From NCBI GenBank assembly GCA_002269645.1, contig NIVC01000609.1, forward strand, positions 1 to 64,000: a stretch of 64,000 bases of DNA, in the 5' to 3' direction. Below, piece by piece: positions 23,911 through 34,535 of this stretch. A program made the translations under genes and the position numbers. Within the stretch, counting starts at the first letter, position 1. Every line of letters begins with the position of its first letter. Source of the stretch: Macrostomum lignano (taxonomy: Eukaryota). Below the pieces are notes generated by a model. It was not told the origin of the DNA and searched no databases. It was given only the letters and a program-made list of their open reading frames with translations.

Positions 23911-26900
23911 CACTCTGGAACACGGTTTAAGTAAAAAGTCTACATCGAAACAAATACGGTGAGATAAGATATATCAATCGTAAACACGGTAGGATAAGAT
24001 CAACATCATCATAAACACGGTGGGATAAGGTCGACATCACCATAAACACGGTGGGATAAGGTCGACATCAATCATAAACACGGTGGGATAAGGTCGACAT
24101 CACCATAAACACGGTGGGATAAGGTCGACATCATCATAAACACGGTGGGATAAGGTCGACATCAATCGTAAACACGGTGAAATAAAATCGACATCAATCG
24201 TAAACACGGTAGGATAAGATCGACATCATCATAAACACGGTGGGATAAGGTCGACATCACCATAAACACGGTGGGATAAGGTCGACATCAATCATAAACA
24301 CGGTGGGATAAGGTCGACATCACCATAAACACGGTGGGATAAGGTCGACATCATCATAAACACGGTGGGATAAGGTCGACATCAATCGTAAACACGGTGA
24401 AATAAAATCGACATCAATCGTAAACACGGTAGGATAAGATCGACATCAATCGTAAACACGGTAGGATAAGGTCGACATCAATCGTAAACACGGTAGGATA
24501 AGGTCGACATCAATCGTAAACACGGTAGGATAAGATCGACATCAATCGTAAACACGGTAGGATAAGATCGACATCAATCGTAAACACGGTAGGATAAGAT
24601 CGACATCAATCGTAAACACGGTAGGATAAGATCGACATCATCATAAACACGGTGGATAAGACCGACATCAATCGTAAACACTGTAGGATAAGGTCGACAT
24701 CATCATAAACACGGTGGGATAAGATCGACATCATCATAAACACGGTGGGATAAGGTCGACATCATCATAAACACGGTGGGATAAGGTCGACATCATCATA
24801 AACACGGTGGGATAAGGTCGACATCATCATAAACACGGTGGGATAAGGTCGACATCAATCGTAAACACGGTGGGATAAGGTCGACATCATCATAAACACG
24901 GTGGGATAAGGTCGACATCATCATAAACACGGTGGGATAAGGTCGACATCATCATAAACACGGTGGGATAAGGTCGACATCATCATAAACACGGTGGGAT
25001 AAGGTCGACATCAATCGTAAACACGGTGGGATAAGGTCGACATCAATCGTAAACGCGGTGGGATAAGGTCGACATCATCATAAACACGGTGGGATAAGGT
25101 CGACATCATCATAAACACGGTGGGATAAGGTCGACATCATCATAAACACGGTGGGATAAGGTCGACATCAATCGTAAACACGGTGGGATAAGGTCGACAT
25201 CATCATAAACACGGTGGGATAAGGTCGACATCATCATAAACACGGTGGGATAAGGTCGACATCATCATAAACACGGTGGGATAAGGTCGACATCAATCGT
25301 AAACACGGTGGGATAAGGTCGACATCAATCGTAAACGCGGTGGGATAAGGTCGACATCATCATAAACACGGTGGGATAAGGTCGACATCATCATAAACAC
25401 GGTGGGATAAGGTCGACATCATCATAAACACGGTGGGATAAGGTCGACATCATCATAAACACGGTGGGATAAGGTCGACATCAATCGTAAACACGGTGGG
25501 ATAAGGTCGACATCAATCGTAAACGCGGTGGGATAAGGTCGACATCAATCGTAAACACGGTGGGATAAGGTCGACATCAATCGTAAACGCGGTCGACGTC
25601 GAACTTCCTAAACGTAGAGTCAAAATCGGCGGAATAATAATTATTTCTAGATGAAATGCTGGGTAATTAATGGACAAGATTCCACCCGGTGGACAGGTCG
25701 GTATAAGCCGATTTCCTCGCGGACCGTTGGCCGTTTAAGCCGACGCACATGTAACCGCTTCTGCGGCTCTGCCTAGTCGCTCATCGGCATTTCCACAAGG
25801 GCGGCGTCCTCGCCCCGTCGACCGATCAACTCGTCCTCGACATGTCGGACGGCCTCTACTCAGTGGGGTTGTATGAGACGAAATAGCCCCGGCTAGTCAC
25901 GCCGGTCCCAGGTCTGGACGCGGATACCAATCAGTGGCTCATGGTGGGCGACCCTTCACGAGTGCTGATGGACCGGCCGGTGTGCCAGAGGACCTAGGTC
26001 GACGAGCTAGATCGGCTCAGGGAGTCGGCGCCGGACCGTAAGGACGTGCTCTCGTCGTCGCTCTTTGGGCGATAACGAGTAGCCCTATAGTTTTCAGCTT
26101 TGCACAATTAATCCAGCCTGGATTCGACGACGTAACGGCTAGACCCTAACCGATTCTTCAAAAAAGTCCCGCTCAGATAGCCGCTGCAAGTAGGCGTCCA
26201 AACATGAAAATAAACTATCAACACAGAGTCTTACAGTCACGTCTATAACCAGTCATGAAAGTCTAGCGTCTGGTTGATAGACAGTCATCAAAGTCTAGTG
26301 TCTGGTTGATAGACTGTCGTAAAAGTCTAGCGTCTGGTTGATAGACTGTCATCAAAGTCTAGTGTCTTGTTAATAGACTGTCATCAAAGTCTAGCGTCTG
26401 GTTGATAGACTGTCGTCAAAGTCTAGCGTCTGGTTGATAGACTGTCGTCAAAGTCTAGCGTCTGGTTGATAGACTGTCATCAAAGTCTAGCGTCTGGTTG
26501 ATAGACTGTCGTCAAAGTCTAGCGTCTGGTTGATAGACTGTCATCAAAGTCTAGCTTCTGGTTGATAGACTGTCGTCAAAGTCTAGCGTCTGGTTGATAG
26601 ACTGTCGTCAAAGTCTAGCGTCTGGTTGATAGACTGGTCGTCAAAGTCTAGCGTCTGGTTGATAGACTGTCGTCAAAGTCTAGCGTCTGGTTGATAGACT
26701 GTCGTCAAAGTCTAGCGTCTGGTTGATAGACAGTCATCAAAGTCTAGTGTCTTGTTAATAGACTGTCATCAAAGTCTAGCGTCTGGTTGATAGACACAGC
26801 AGTTTCAGATCGCAGACCAACTATCTGTCTTGACTTACTTGACTTAGCTGCAGGGGGCGTCCGGCGGATGCAGCGGGGAGGGGGAGGAGACCGCCCATTC

Positions 26901-29900
26901 CGCTAGCCCCTGGCGACCAACGACTTCCGTTGAAGTGGTGTCGCTCAGGGGGACCCGTCGGTCTCGCCTGCAGCGCGGTCCTCCTCACCGACGGTGGGGA
27001 AGAAATCAGCTCGTCCGGTGTCCCTGAGGTACCGGGCGAGCAGCGGGATGCTCTCGGGCCTGCAAACGTCGGAGAGAACCGGGTTTGGCCCGAGGTGAGT
27101 AAGCCTGGCCCTGGTGAAAACCGGGCAGTGGCAGATAAAATGCTCGGCGTTTTCACTGCCTGAGCGGCAGAAGGGGCACCGCTCCTCGGGTACTTGGCCC
27201 TGAAGGAAGCGGTGGCGAGAGAAGCAGCCATGCCCGGAGAGGGCCATGCTAACTGCTCTGAGGTCTCTGCGGTTGAGCCTGAGGAGGGCTCTACGCAGGA
27301 GAGGAGAGGGACAGGGGACGGCAGCACGGGATTGCCTACAATTCCGGGTGTCGTGCCACCTGTGGAGATGCTCGGAGTCAGCCCAGCGCTTAACGCGGGA
27401 ATTGATCACCGAGGCGGGGATGGGGGCACCCGGGCCCGGCCCCAATAGCGCGCCGGCGGAGCCAGCCTTGGCCAGCAGGTCAGCGCGCTCGTTGCCGAGG
27501 AAGCCGGCGTGGCCCGGGATCCATCTGAGCTCCACCTGGTTGCCTAGCGCAAGCCCGTTGAGCTGGGTGTTGCAGTCCAGGACGGACCTGGAGCTGGCGG
27601 TGCTGCGGCAGAGGGCCCGAAGGGCTGCTTGGCTGTCAGAGTGAAAAATAAATTTCCGGCCGCTAAGCTGCCTTCGGCGCAGCTCTGCGCGCAGGAGCTG
27701 ATGGCAAGCACCTCGCTCTGAAAAACACTGGAGTTGAGCCCAGTGTGCTGGGAGTAGTTCCACACCACTTCTCCATTGAAGAAGACGCAAGCTCCGAAGC
27801 CTGAAAGACCATGCCTCATAGAGCCGTCAGTGTAACAGTGGACTTCAGAGTCGCTCCAGCTGTCACTCGCCTCGTGTCGAGGCTGAATGGTGACCTTATA
27901 CCTTTGGCTCAGGAGAAGGGTGGCTGGGATCGAGTCTTAACCACGCGGGCTACGGGGCGAGAGCCCTCAAGCCCTTCGCAATATTGGCGCCACTTGGCCG
28001 TCTTGGCCCTTCTGACTTGGCCCTTAAACTCGTGGATCGCACGGGTATAGGCCTCTCTGTCAGATGGGTCTTTGGTTTTGAGCGCTCGCCTTTGGAGGGT
28101 CCTGGCTCGGCGCCGAAGGGCCCCGAGCTCTGGGTTCCACCAGGGAGCAGATTTCTTGCCTTTATAGGCCTTTAGGGGGCAGGCTGCTTCAAAGGCAGTG
28201 GTAATCGCCCCGCCCAGGGAGGAGGCGAGATCGTCCACCACCTGGCAGTCAGAGAGGTCACTGGGGGGTCAAGATCCCGAAGGCCGCGGCTCAGCTTCGA
28301 GCCAAAGGCGGCCCAATCGGTGTTCCTGACGTTCCGACTCCAAGTGACCTTAGGCTTTTGCTTGGTCGGCTCAATGCAAAAGCGGATAAAGCGGTGGTCC
28401 GAGAGCGAGTCCTCGTCCCACACTCGCCAGCCCGTAACTGCGGAAAGCAGTCCGGGTGAGGCGATGGTGGTGTCGATGACTTCGGCTCACCGCCCATTAT
28501 TGAACGTTGGTGCATTGCCCACGTTACAGAAGTTGAGGTTAGTGCTGCTGACATAGGCCAGCAGCTCCTCGCCTCTGTTATTGGTGTTCCTGCTGCCCCA
28601 ATGCAGGTGGTGTGCGTTCACATCCCCTGCAATGAGCAGCTCGAACCGACGGGACGCGGCGTAGTCAATCAGGTTGACTAGTACGCCGCAGACTACTGGG
28701 GCATCGCCTGGAAAATAGGCAGAAGCTACCAGCACAGGTTTATTGGGAATGAGGTTATTGATTTGAACAACACAGATGTCCCCAGTCGAGAGATCAGGTC
28801 TCATCCATGCCTCAAAAGCTTTTGCAGCAAAGACCAGAGATCTTGGGCGAGGCTGAGAGCCCGCCATGCAAAAACAGTGGTAGCCAGATGGCACATTATT
28901 TGGCTTACCTTTAGTCATCCAGGGGTCCTGTACGAAGACCAGGCCCGGAAGCTGTTGCTCTGCCGTGCGCATCAGGTTGACCGACGCCGCCACGCAGTGC
29001 TGGGTGTTGATCTGCAGACACCAGGTAGTCGCTGGCATCATTGCAGATCGGATGTTGCAGCCGCCAGGAGTTCCTCCTCCTCCTCGGCGCTCACCGGCTT
29101 CGGGTCGGGGTCGCCGGTGTCCATGGGCTCTTCTTCAGCAAAAGGCCCCCGATTGGCCGGAAGGCAGTAGGCAGCGTTCGCCGCCCTTTGCCCACCATCC
29201 ATGGGGTCCTCCGCCTCAGATTGGCCCAATGCCCTGGAGCAGCCAGCCGCCTGGGCAGGCGGGTCCGTCTCCAGTCGGCCCTGCCCCGAGGGGTTGGGCC
29301 CAGCTGGGACGTCCCCACCCTCCCTGGACGAACTGGTGCGCCTAGGCGTCCCGGCGACCTCTCGCCTCAGCTGGGAGATTTTGGCGGTACGGACTGCCTC
29401 AGCTGCACGCTGGTACAGGCCGCGCCGCTTGGTGCTGCGCGCCGGGCGTCGGTCGCCTCCGCCCTCAGCAGCGCGCTCAGCTTTGCCCGCGCGGCCGTGC
29501 TGCCGGGCAGGGCGGTTTGCTTTGGCAGTCTGAGCAGAGGCTTGCGCCTCGGCCCCGGCCGCCTCCGCATCCCGCCCGCCCTGCTCACTGCCACGGGGAG
29601 GGTCGGCCTCGTAGGAGCGGATGCGCAGCTTCCAAAGGCCGACGTTGATGAAGCTGCCGTGTGGATAACGCCTCATCCAGGCGTCCGACAGCCCCAGGAT
29701 GGCTGTGAAGCCAGTGCCGTCGGTGCGCTTAAGGGTGTCATGCACCACTAGGCCCGCGGCGGGAAGCTCCCGGTTGACTGCTAGCAGTCCTTTCCGGAGC
29801 TCGTCAGCAGAGGTAACAACGCTCCTGGCCGGGACCCAGATTCGATGCCTCTTGGTCCGGGGGCGCTCGTCCTCTCTGCAGAAGGCTAGGTTGAGGTCCC

Positions 29901-32659
29901 AGCTCTGCTCGGGCAGCAGCTCAAGGAGCCGCCGACCCGAGTCAGCATCACTGGGCCAAATGAGAAGGCACGAGTCCCTCGTCGCATTCGAATGAATGTT
30001 CAGAGGCGTGCCCTTCAGAGTTTGCTTCCACAGGAGGCCATCAACGGCACTTCTCACCTGCTTCAGCTGATCGGGAGACAGGCGCGCGTCCTTTCCCAGG
30101 ATGACAACCGCCGGTTGCCTCTTTGCCGCATCAGCGTAGGAGGCCCGGGGGTCAGTGGAGCTTTCTTCAGGTGGGCTGTCCACCCTCCCGGCTGCATCGG
30201 CCTCCCTATCCTGGGCAGGGGCTTCCGTGGGCTCGAGGCCCTCTTCCGCCACCGCCCCAGATTGGGAAGCTTCCGCTGCCGCGGGCCGTTGGCCCCTGGC
30301 GCCGGTTAGGCTTCCGCCCTCCTTGGCCCCCCTCGCCTTGTTAAGTCGACGGCGGGCAGCTCCAGAGGTGGTGCTGCGTTTCTTAGCAGCTGGAGTAGCA
30401 GGTGTCTTCTCGGAGGCACCGCTCAGAGTTGGCTCCACGGGTCTCGCCGAGGCGTCCCCGATGGTAGCAGGTGGTATGGCCGAGGAGTCCACGGCCCCAG
30501 CCGAGGCCGGAGGCACTGTGTCATCCACAGCCGGTTTGTTACTTCGGTTAGAAGCCATTGGCTGGAAGTAAAAAGGTGGGACTTCCTGCAGAACACAGGC
30601 AAAGAGCCGCAAGGCCGCAACCCCAAACCAAGCGGCAGGCCCCCAAAAAGCAAAATACCACCCTGCGGGGGGACCCAAAAGCGCAAGGGGAACCGTTAGC
30701 GACCAGACTACTCCCTGGCCAAGCGTCCATCAGCACGGAGTTACACTGGGACATTAGAGGGTGCGTTTATGGTCACACCAGGACCCGGCGCCAACGAATC
30801 AGCTCGGCAGGGCCCAAGGGGGCCTGCCTTAACACCCACGGGACGAGTACCCTTCGAAGTGCGCCTTGCAAGGTGAAAATCAGGAGACAGAGTCTCTAGA
30901 GCTATCAGCCCGCCAGGGGAGGCAGGTGTGAGCATCGCTGGCTGGGATAAAGGCCATACCAGTCTCATACTGCACAGATAGTTCACCACGCCATTACGTG
31001 CAGGACCCGGGGTCCTGGGGGCAACAGCCCCGGCCCAACTATCTGTCAGTAGTTTCAGATCACAGAACAATTATCTGACAGTAGCTTCAGATTGCATAGC
31101 AGTTATCTAACGGTAGTTTCAGATCACAGAACAATAAATCACTGCAGGTTGGCACCAGGCGCTACATGTCGCCGGAAGTCCTTGAAGGCGCGATGAGTTT
31201 CTACAAGGACAGTTTCCTACGCGTTGATGTCTACTCTCTGGGCCTGGTGCTGTGGGAGATGCTCACCCGCTGTACGGACGCGTACGGAGCCGAAGGCGTG
31301 CCAGCCTACAGGCTGCCATTCGAGGCGGAGACGGGCTCCAGCAACCCCAGCCTGTCGCAGATGCAGGCAGCTGTTGTTATTGAACGCAGGCGGCCGGAGT
31401 TCCCGGCCGAGTGCCAGTCGCATCAGGTGAGTATTATGGCAAAGGCAATAGGAACTGCGCTTTTTAGCTTGCCATTAAAACAGACAGTATCTTAGCAGAC
31501 CTCTGGCAGAGAGTCAAGAAGGTCAAATGCCCCCCTTTTTTAGCAAAAATGGTGTCTTGCGAGTATTGCCTAGTTTAACCCACCATTACACCTTGTATAT
31601 TTACTATTGTTGGCTTCCTAAAGCCATGGCATTTTATAACTGCCCCCCACCTCAAGCCATGGCATCTTATAACTGCCGCCCTTCAAGCCATGGCATCTTA
31701 TAACTGCCGCCCTTCAAGCCATGACATCTTATAACTGCCCTCGCAAGCCATGGCATCTTATAACTGCCGCCCTTCAAGCCATGACATCTTATAACTGCCC
31801 TCGCAAGCCATGGCATCTTATAACTGCCGCCCTTCAAGCCATGGCATCTTATAACTGCCCTCGCAAGCCATGGCATCTTATAACTGCCCTCGCAAGCCAT
31901 GGCATCTTATAACTGCCGCCCTTCAAGCCATGACATCTTATAACTGCCCTCGCAAGCCATGGCATCTTATAACTGCCGCCCTTCAAGCCATGGCATCTTA
32001 TAACTGCCCTCGCAAGCCATGGCATCTTATAACTGCCGCCCTTCAAGCCATGGCATCTTATAACTGCCCTCGCAAGCCATGGCATCTTATAACTGCCGCC
32101 CTTCAAGCCATGACATCTTATAACTGCCCTCGCAAGCCATGGCATCTTATAACTGCCCCCCCCCCTCAAGCCATGGCATCTTAGCAACTCCCCATTGAGC
32201 CAATTGGCATCTCAGCAACTCTCCATTAAGCTTTTTAGCTGCCTTAAAAACTTGTTACGTGTAACTTTATGAGTACGTATAGCACTAAAGCCATTACAGC
32301 ACATTCAAAGTAAAACTGTGGTGCAAAGCTACAGATTATCTGTTCGACCTTGAACTAATTAATCGAATAATCAGGGCTTGTCCTACCTGCGCGAGACCAT
32401 CTGCTGCTGCTGGGACCACGTGCCAGAGGCCCGATTGACAGCCGCCTGCGTAGCCGAACGATGCAAAGCCCTGCGCCGTCTGCCTGTCAGCGTGGCCGCC
32501 GAAGAAGCCAGACGTCGGCAGCAGGAGGAGCAGCTCGCCGATCAGCAGGCGCCCGCCGCAGACCTGCAGCTGCCGCAAGCCGCTGTTATCAACGAAGCAT
32601 CTGCTGCCGCCTCCGCAGAGGAGCTGCGACCGCTGCGCGAAGCTGAGGACGCAGTCTGA
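23275..32659 (+). CDS. ACVR2: Activin type II receptor-like Ser/Thr kinase (TGF-beta type II receptor family), about 571 aa, 4 coding exons; exons 1-2 readable only after in-place complementation
   Basis: Exons 23275-23910, 25683-26198, 31148-31426, 32375-32659, all phase 0. Signal peptide, 10-Cys ectodomain, TM segment, no GS box, complete kinase domain. Confidence 0.9.
23930..25595. repeat. Minisatellite, 31/32 nt (true sequence tagtatttgtgccaccctattccagctgtag), receptor intron 1, inside the complemented block
   Basis: About 50 tandem copies of atcataaacacggtgggataaggtcgacatc as displayed. Confidence 0.95.
25683..26198 (+). CDS. ACVR2: Hidden exon 2 of the ActRII-like receptor (kinase subdomains I-VII), in the complemented block
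   Basis: Complement: acceptor ttctaag, then 172 codons VGHLSSHIRLKERLATGKFGCVY...VAVKVF...HPNILCFIGA...LWLVTEYHPLGS...KPAIAHRDIKSRNVL...CCIADLGLAKKFFQGESIGDVHPQ, then donor gtttgt. Confidence 0.95.
26250..26829. repeat. Minisatellite, 32 nt (true sequence acagcagtttcagatcgcagaccaactatctg), receptor intron 2; continues at 31036-31135
   Basis: Displayed as the complement up to 26795, then in normal sense. Confidence 0.95.
26945..29041 (-). pseudogene. Disrupted ORF2: APE endonuclease, [RT deleted], RNase H, CCHC
   Basis: APE motifs QINTQH, VQDPW, SAYFP, GDVNAHH.WGS, SLSDHRFI. In-frame TGA at 28487-28489. 1-nt frameshifts near 28255 and 27690. RNase H motifs YTDGS, VFQSEVLAI, HSDSQAAL, WIPGHAG..GNERADLLAK. 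C-terminal CPFC...EHFICHC. Confidence 0.88.
29038..30558 (-). CDS. ORF1 (gag-like, DUF4780-like central domain) of the retrotransposon, 506 aa from MASNRS
   Basis: Uninterrupted ORF directly upstream of APE, with a basic low-complexity N-terminus and central LLIWP...RIWVP...ELRKGLLAVN..L. The domain name is from recall, not from a search. Confidence 0.75.
   Translation of the reverse strand: MASNRSNKPAVDDTVPPASAGAVDSSAIPPATIGDASARPVEPTLSGASEKTPATPAAKKRSTTSGAARRRLNKARGAKEGGSLTGARGQRPAAAEASQSGAVAEEGLEPTEAPAQDREADAAGRVDSPPEESSTDPRASYADAAKRQPAVVILGKDARLSPDQLKQVRSAVDGLLWKQTLKGTPLNIHSNATRDSCLLIWPSDADSGRRLLELLPEQSWDLNLAFCREDERPRTKRHRIWVPARSVVTSADELRKGLLAVNRELPAAGLVVHDTLKRTDGTGFTAILGLSDAWMRRYPHGSFINVGLWKLRIRSYEADPPRGSEQGGRDAEAAGAEAQASAQTAKANRPARQHGRAGKAERAAEGGGDRRPARSTKRRGLYQRAAEAVRTAKISQLRREVAGTPRRTSSSREGGDVPAGPNPSGQGRLETDPPAQAAGCSRALGQSEAEDPMDGGQRAANAAYCLPANRGPFAEEEPMDTGDPDPKPVSAEEEEELLAAATSDLQ
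31148..31426 (+). CDS. ACVR2: Exon 3 of the ActRII-like receptor (kinase VIII-X)
   Basis: cag|VGTRRYMSPEVLEGAMSFYKDSFLRVDVYSLGLVLWEMLTRC...YRLPFEAETGSSNPSLSQMQAAVVIERRRP...HQ|gtgagt. Confidence 0.95.
31622..32180. repeat. Minisatellite with alternating 31/28-nt units, caagccatggcatcttataactgcc(gccctt/ctcg)
   Basis: Tandem copies in receptor intron 3. Confidence 0.93.
32375..32659 (+). CDS. ACVR2: Exon 4 (last) of the ActRII-like receptor (kinase XI plus tail)
   Basis: cag|GLSYLRETICCCWDHVPEARLTAACVAERCK...stop. Matches the ActRII pattern [22 protein letters not shown]. Confidence 0.92.
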   Translation, partial: GLSYLRETICCCWDHVPEARLTAACVAERCKALRRLPVSVAAEEARRRQQEEQLADQQAPAADLQLPQAAVINEASAAASAEELRPLREAEDAV

Positions 32660-32749
32660 TGCGCCATAGGAAGCCATCGTCTGTCTGATATGCACTTTTG
32701 CCTACTCTTGAGTAGAAATATTGGTTATTTATATCCTCTGTTATGCATT

Positions 32750-33183
32750 CAGATCCCCAGATCCCACTACTGGGGAATTTGGAATCCCCTTGTCTGTCTC
32801 TCAGATCCCCAGATCCCACTGCTGGGGAATTTGGAGTCCCTTTGTCTGTCTCTCAGATCCCCAGATCCCACTACTGGGGAATTTGGAATCCCCTTGTCTG
32901 TCTCTCAGACTCCCAGATCCCACTACTGGGGAATTTGGAATCCCATTGGCTGTCTATCAGATCCCCAGATCCCACTACTGGGGAATTTGGAATCCCCTTG
33001 TCTGTCTCTCAGACTCCCAGATCCCACTACTGGGGAATTTGGAATCCCCTTGGCTGTCTCTCAGACTCCCAGATCCCACTACTGGGGAATTTGGAATCCC
33101 CTTGGCTGTCTCTCAGATCCTCAGATCCCACTAGTGGGGAATTTGGAATCCCCTTGTCTGTCTCTCAGATCCCCAGATCCCAT
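32750..33183. repeat. Minisatellite, about 52 nt, cagatcccactactggggaatttggaatccccttgtctgtctctcagatccc
   Basis: About 8 copies. Confidence 0.93.
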
Positions 33184-33774
33184 TAAGACAACGTGATTCC
33201 CCATTTTTCTCGTGAAGTGAGCAGCAGTACATTGCATCATACTAAAGAGCTCATGGAAAAAGCGACTGTTGTTTCGCGAAATGATCTATCAGGTGTTTAA
33301 AAAAATCAATTTCTATTAATTACTGACGTATGGAACAAGCTATACCTTCTCTGCTTCTAAATCCTAGGAGTAAATATCGATAACTTTTTTAACTAATAAA
33401 AACTTGCTGACTTCTGCCTTCAACTAAGCAAATGTGTCACACAGTCCCAGCGTTAATCTGTTGTGTTTTAGTATATTTTTCCTTACCATTTCTCCTCCAT
33501 ATAGTACTAGTAGTAGCTACTATTAGTTTTGCTGGCCTAGCTATCCTTTATTTTCTTTTCTGTTGCTAAAAAGCAGCACAATTGCTTTGTATATTGCTTT
33601 TCGCGATTTTGTCTTTTAGTTTTTTTATTTGTTTCTGTTGCTTTTGCGTTAGGGTTATTTTTGTGCTATAATAATAATGCCTTCACTAATTTATTGTACG
33701 AGTATTCGTTTGTCTGCTTCATCTGTTTTATTATCTATTTCAGCTGCCAATGATTAGGTAGTTCGTTGACTTCC

Positions 33775-34535
33775 CCTATCAAATCCCCATCAGCACATTG
33801 AATACCCCCTTCAAATCCCCATCAGCTCACTGAATACCCCCTTCAGATCCCCATCAGCTCATTTAATACCCCTTCAGATCCCCATCAGCTCACTGTATAC
33901 CCCCTTCAGATCCCCATCAGCTCATTGAATACCCCTTCAGATCCCATCAGCTCATTTAATACCCCCTTCAGATCCCCATCAGCTCATTGAATTACCCCTT
34001 CAGATCCCCATCAGCTCATCGACTACCCCCTCAGATCCCCATCAGCTCATTGAATACCCCTTTAGATCCCCATCGGATATTTGAATACCCCCTCAGATCC
34101 CCATCAGCTCATTGAATACCCCTTCAGATCCCCATCGGATATTTGAATACCCCTTCAGATCCCCATAGGATATTTGAATACCCCTTCAGATCCCCATCGG
34201 ATATTTGAATACCCCTTCAGATCCCCATCGGATATTTGAATACCCCTTCAGATCCCCATCGGATATTTGAATACCCCTTCAGATCCCCATCGGATATTTG
34301 AATACCCACTCAGATCCCATCAGCTCATTGAATACCCCTTCAGATCCCCATCGGATATTTGAATACCCACTCAGATCCCCATCGGATATTTGAATACCCC
34401 TTCAGATCCCCATCGGATATTTGAATACCCACTCAGATCCCCATCGGATATTTGAATACCCCTTCAGATCCCCATCGGATATTTGAATACCCACTCAGAT
34501 CCCCATCGGATATTTGAATACCCACTCAGATCCCC
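33775..34535. repeat. Minisatellite, 31 nt, gaataccccttcagatccccatcggatattt
   Basis: Tandem copies with a variant gradient. Confidence 0.93.

Larger units (their letters stand above)
22450..26795. other. Block written as the in-place complement (not reverse complement) of the true + strand
   Basis: Complementing base by base gives two in-frame exons with canonical splice sites. The 32-nt minisatellite switches to its complement at 26795/26796. CpG/GpC usage is mirrored from about 22436-22467, so the left edge is only approximate. Confidence 0.95.
26830..31034 (-). mobile_element. Non-LTR retrotransposon (LOA/R1-group-like: ORF1, APE, RNase H, C-terminal Zn knuckle) lacking the RT domain, antisense in receptor intron 2
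   Basis: TSD ccaactatctgtc at 26817-26829 and 31035-31047. 3' tail taagtcaagtaagtcaa. Interrupts a 32-nt minisatellite that resumes at 31036. Confidence 0.9.

Noticed and set aside
23930-25595. CRISPR-like array (about 31-nt repeats); the same was considered for other arrays
   Set aside because: Head-to-tail units with no unique spacers, no cas genes, and a eukaryotic intron context.
22450-26795. Ordinary chromosomal inversion or a nested antisense gene as the explanation of the odd block
   Set aside because: An inversion would leave the exons readable on the minus strand in the six-frame track. They appear only after complementing without reversing.
30780-31034. HDV-like ribozyme at the retrotransposon 5' end (starts GCCGGGG; contains GCC-UCCCCU-GGC and strong hairpins)
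   Set aside because: Such ribozymes are known in some R1/LOA/RTE elements, but I could not assemble P1 with a G+1 wobble, P1.1 and a C-N-A-A J4/2 by hand. An RNArobo or Infernal search would settle it.
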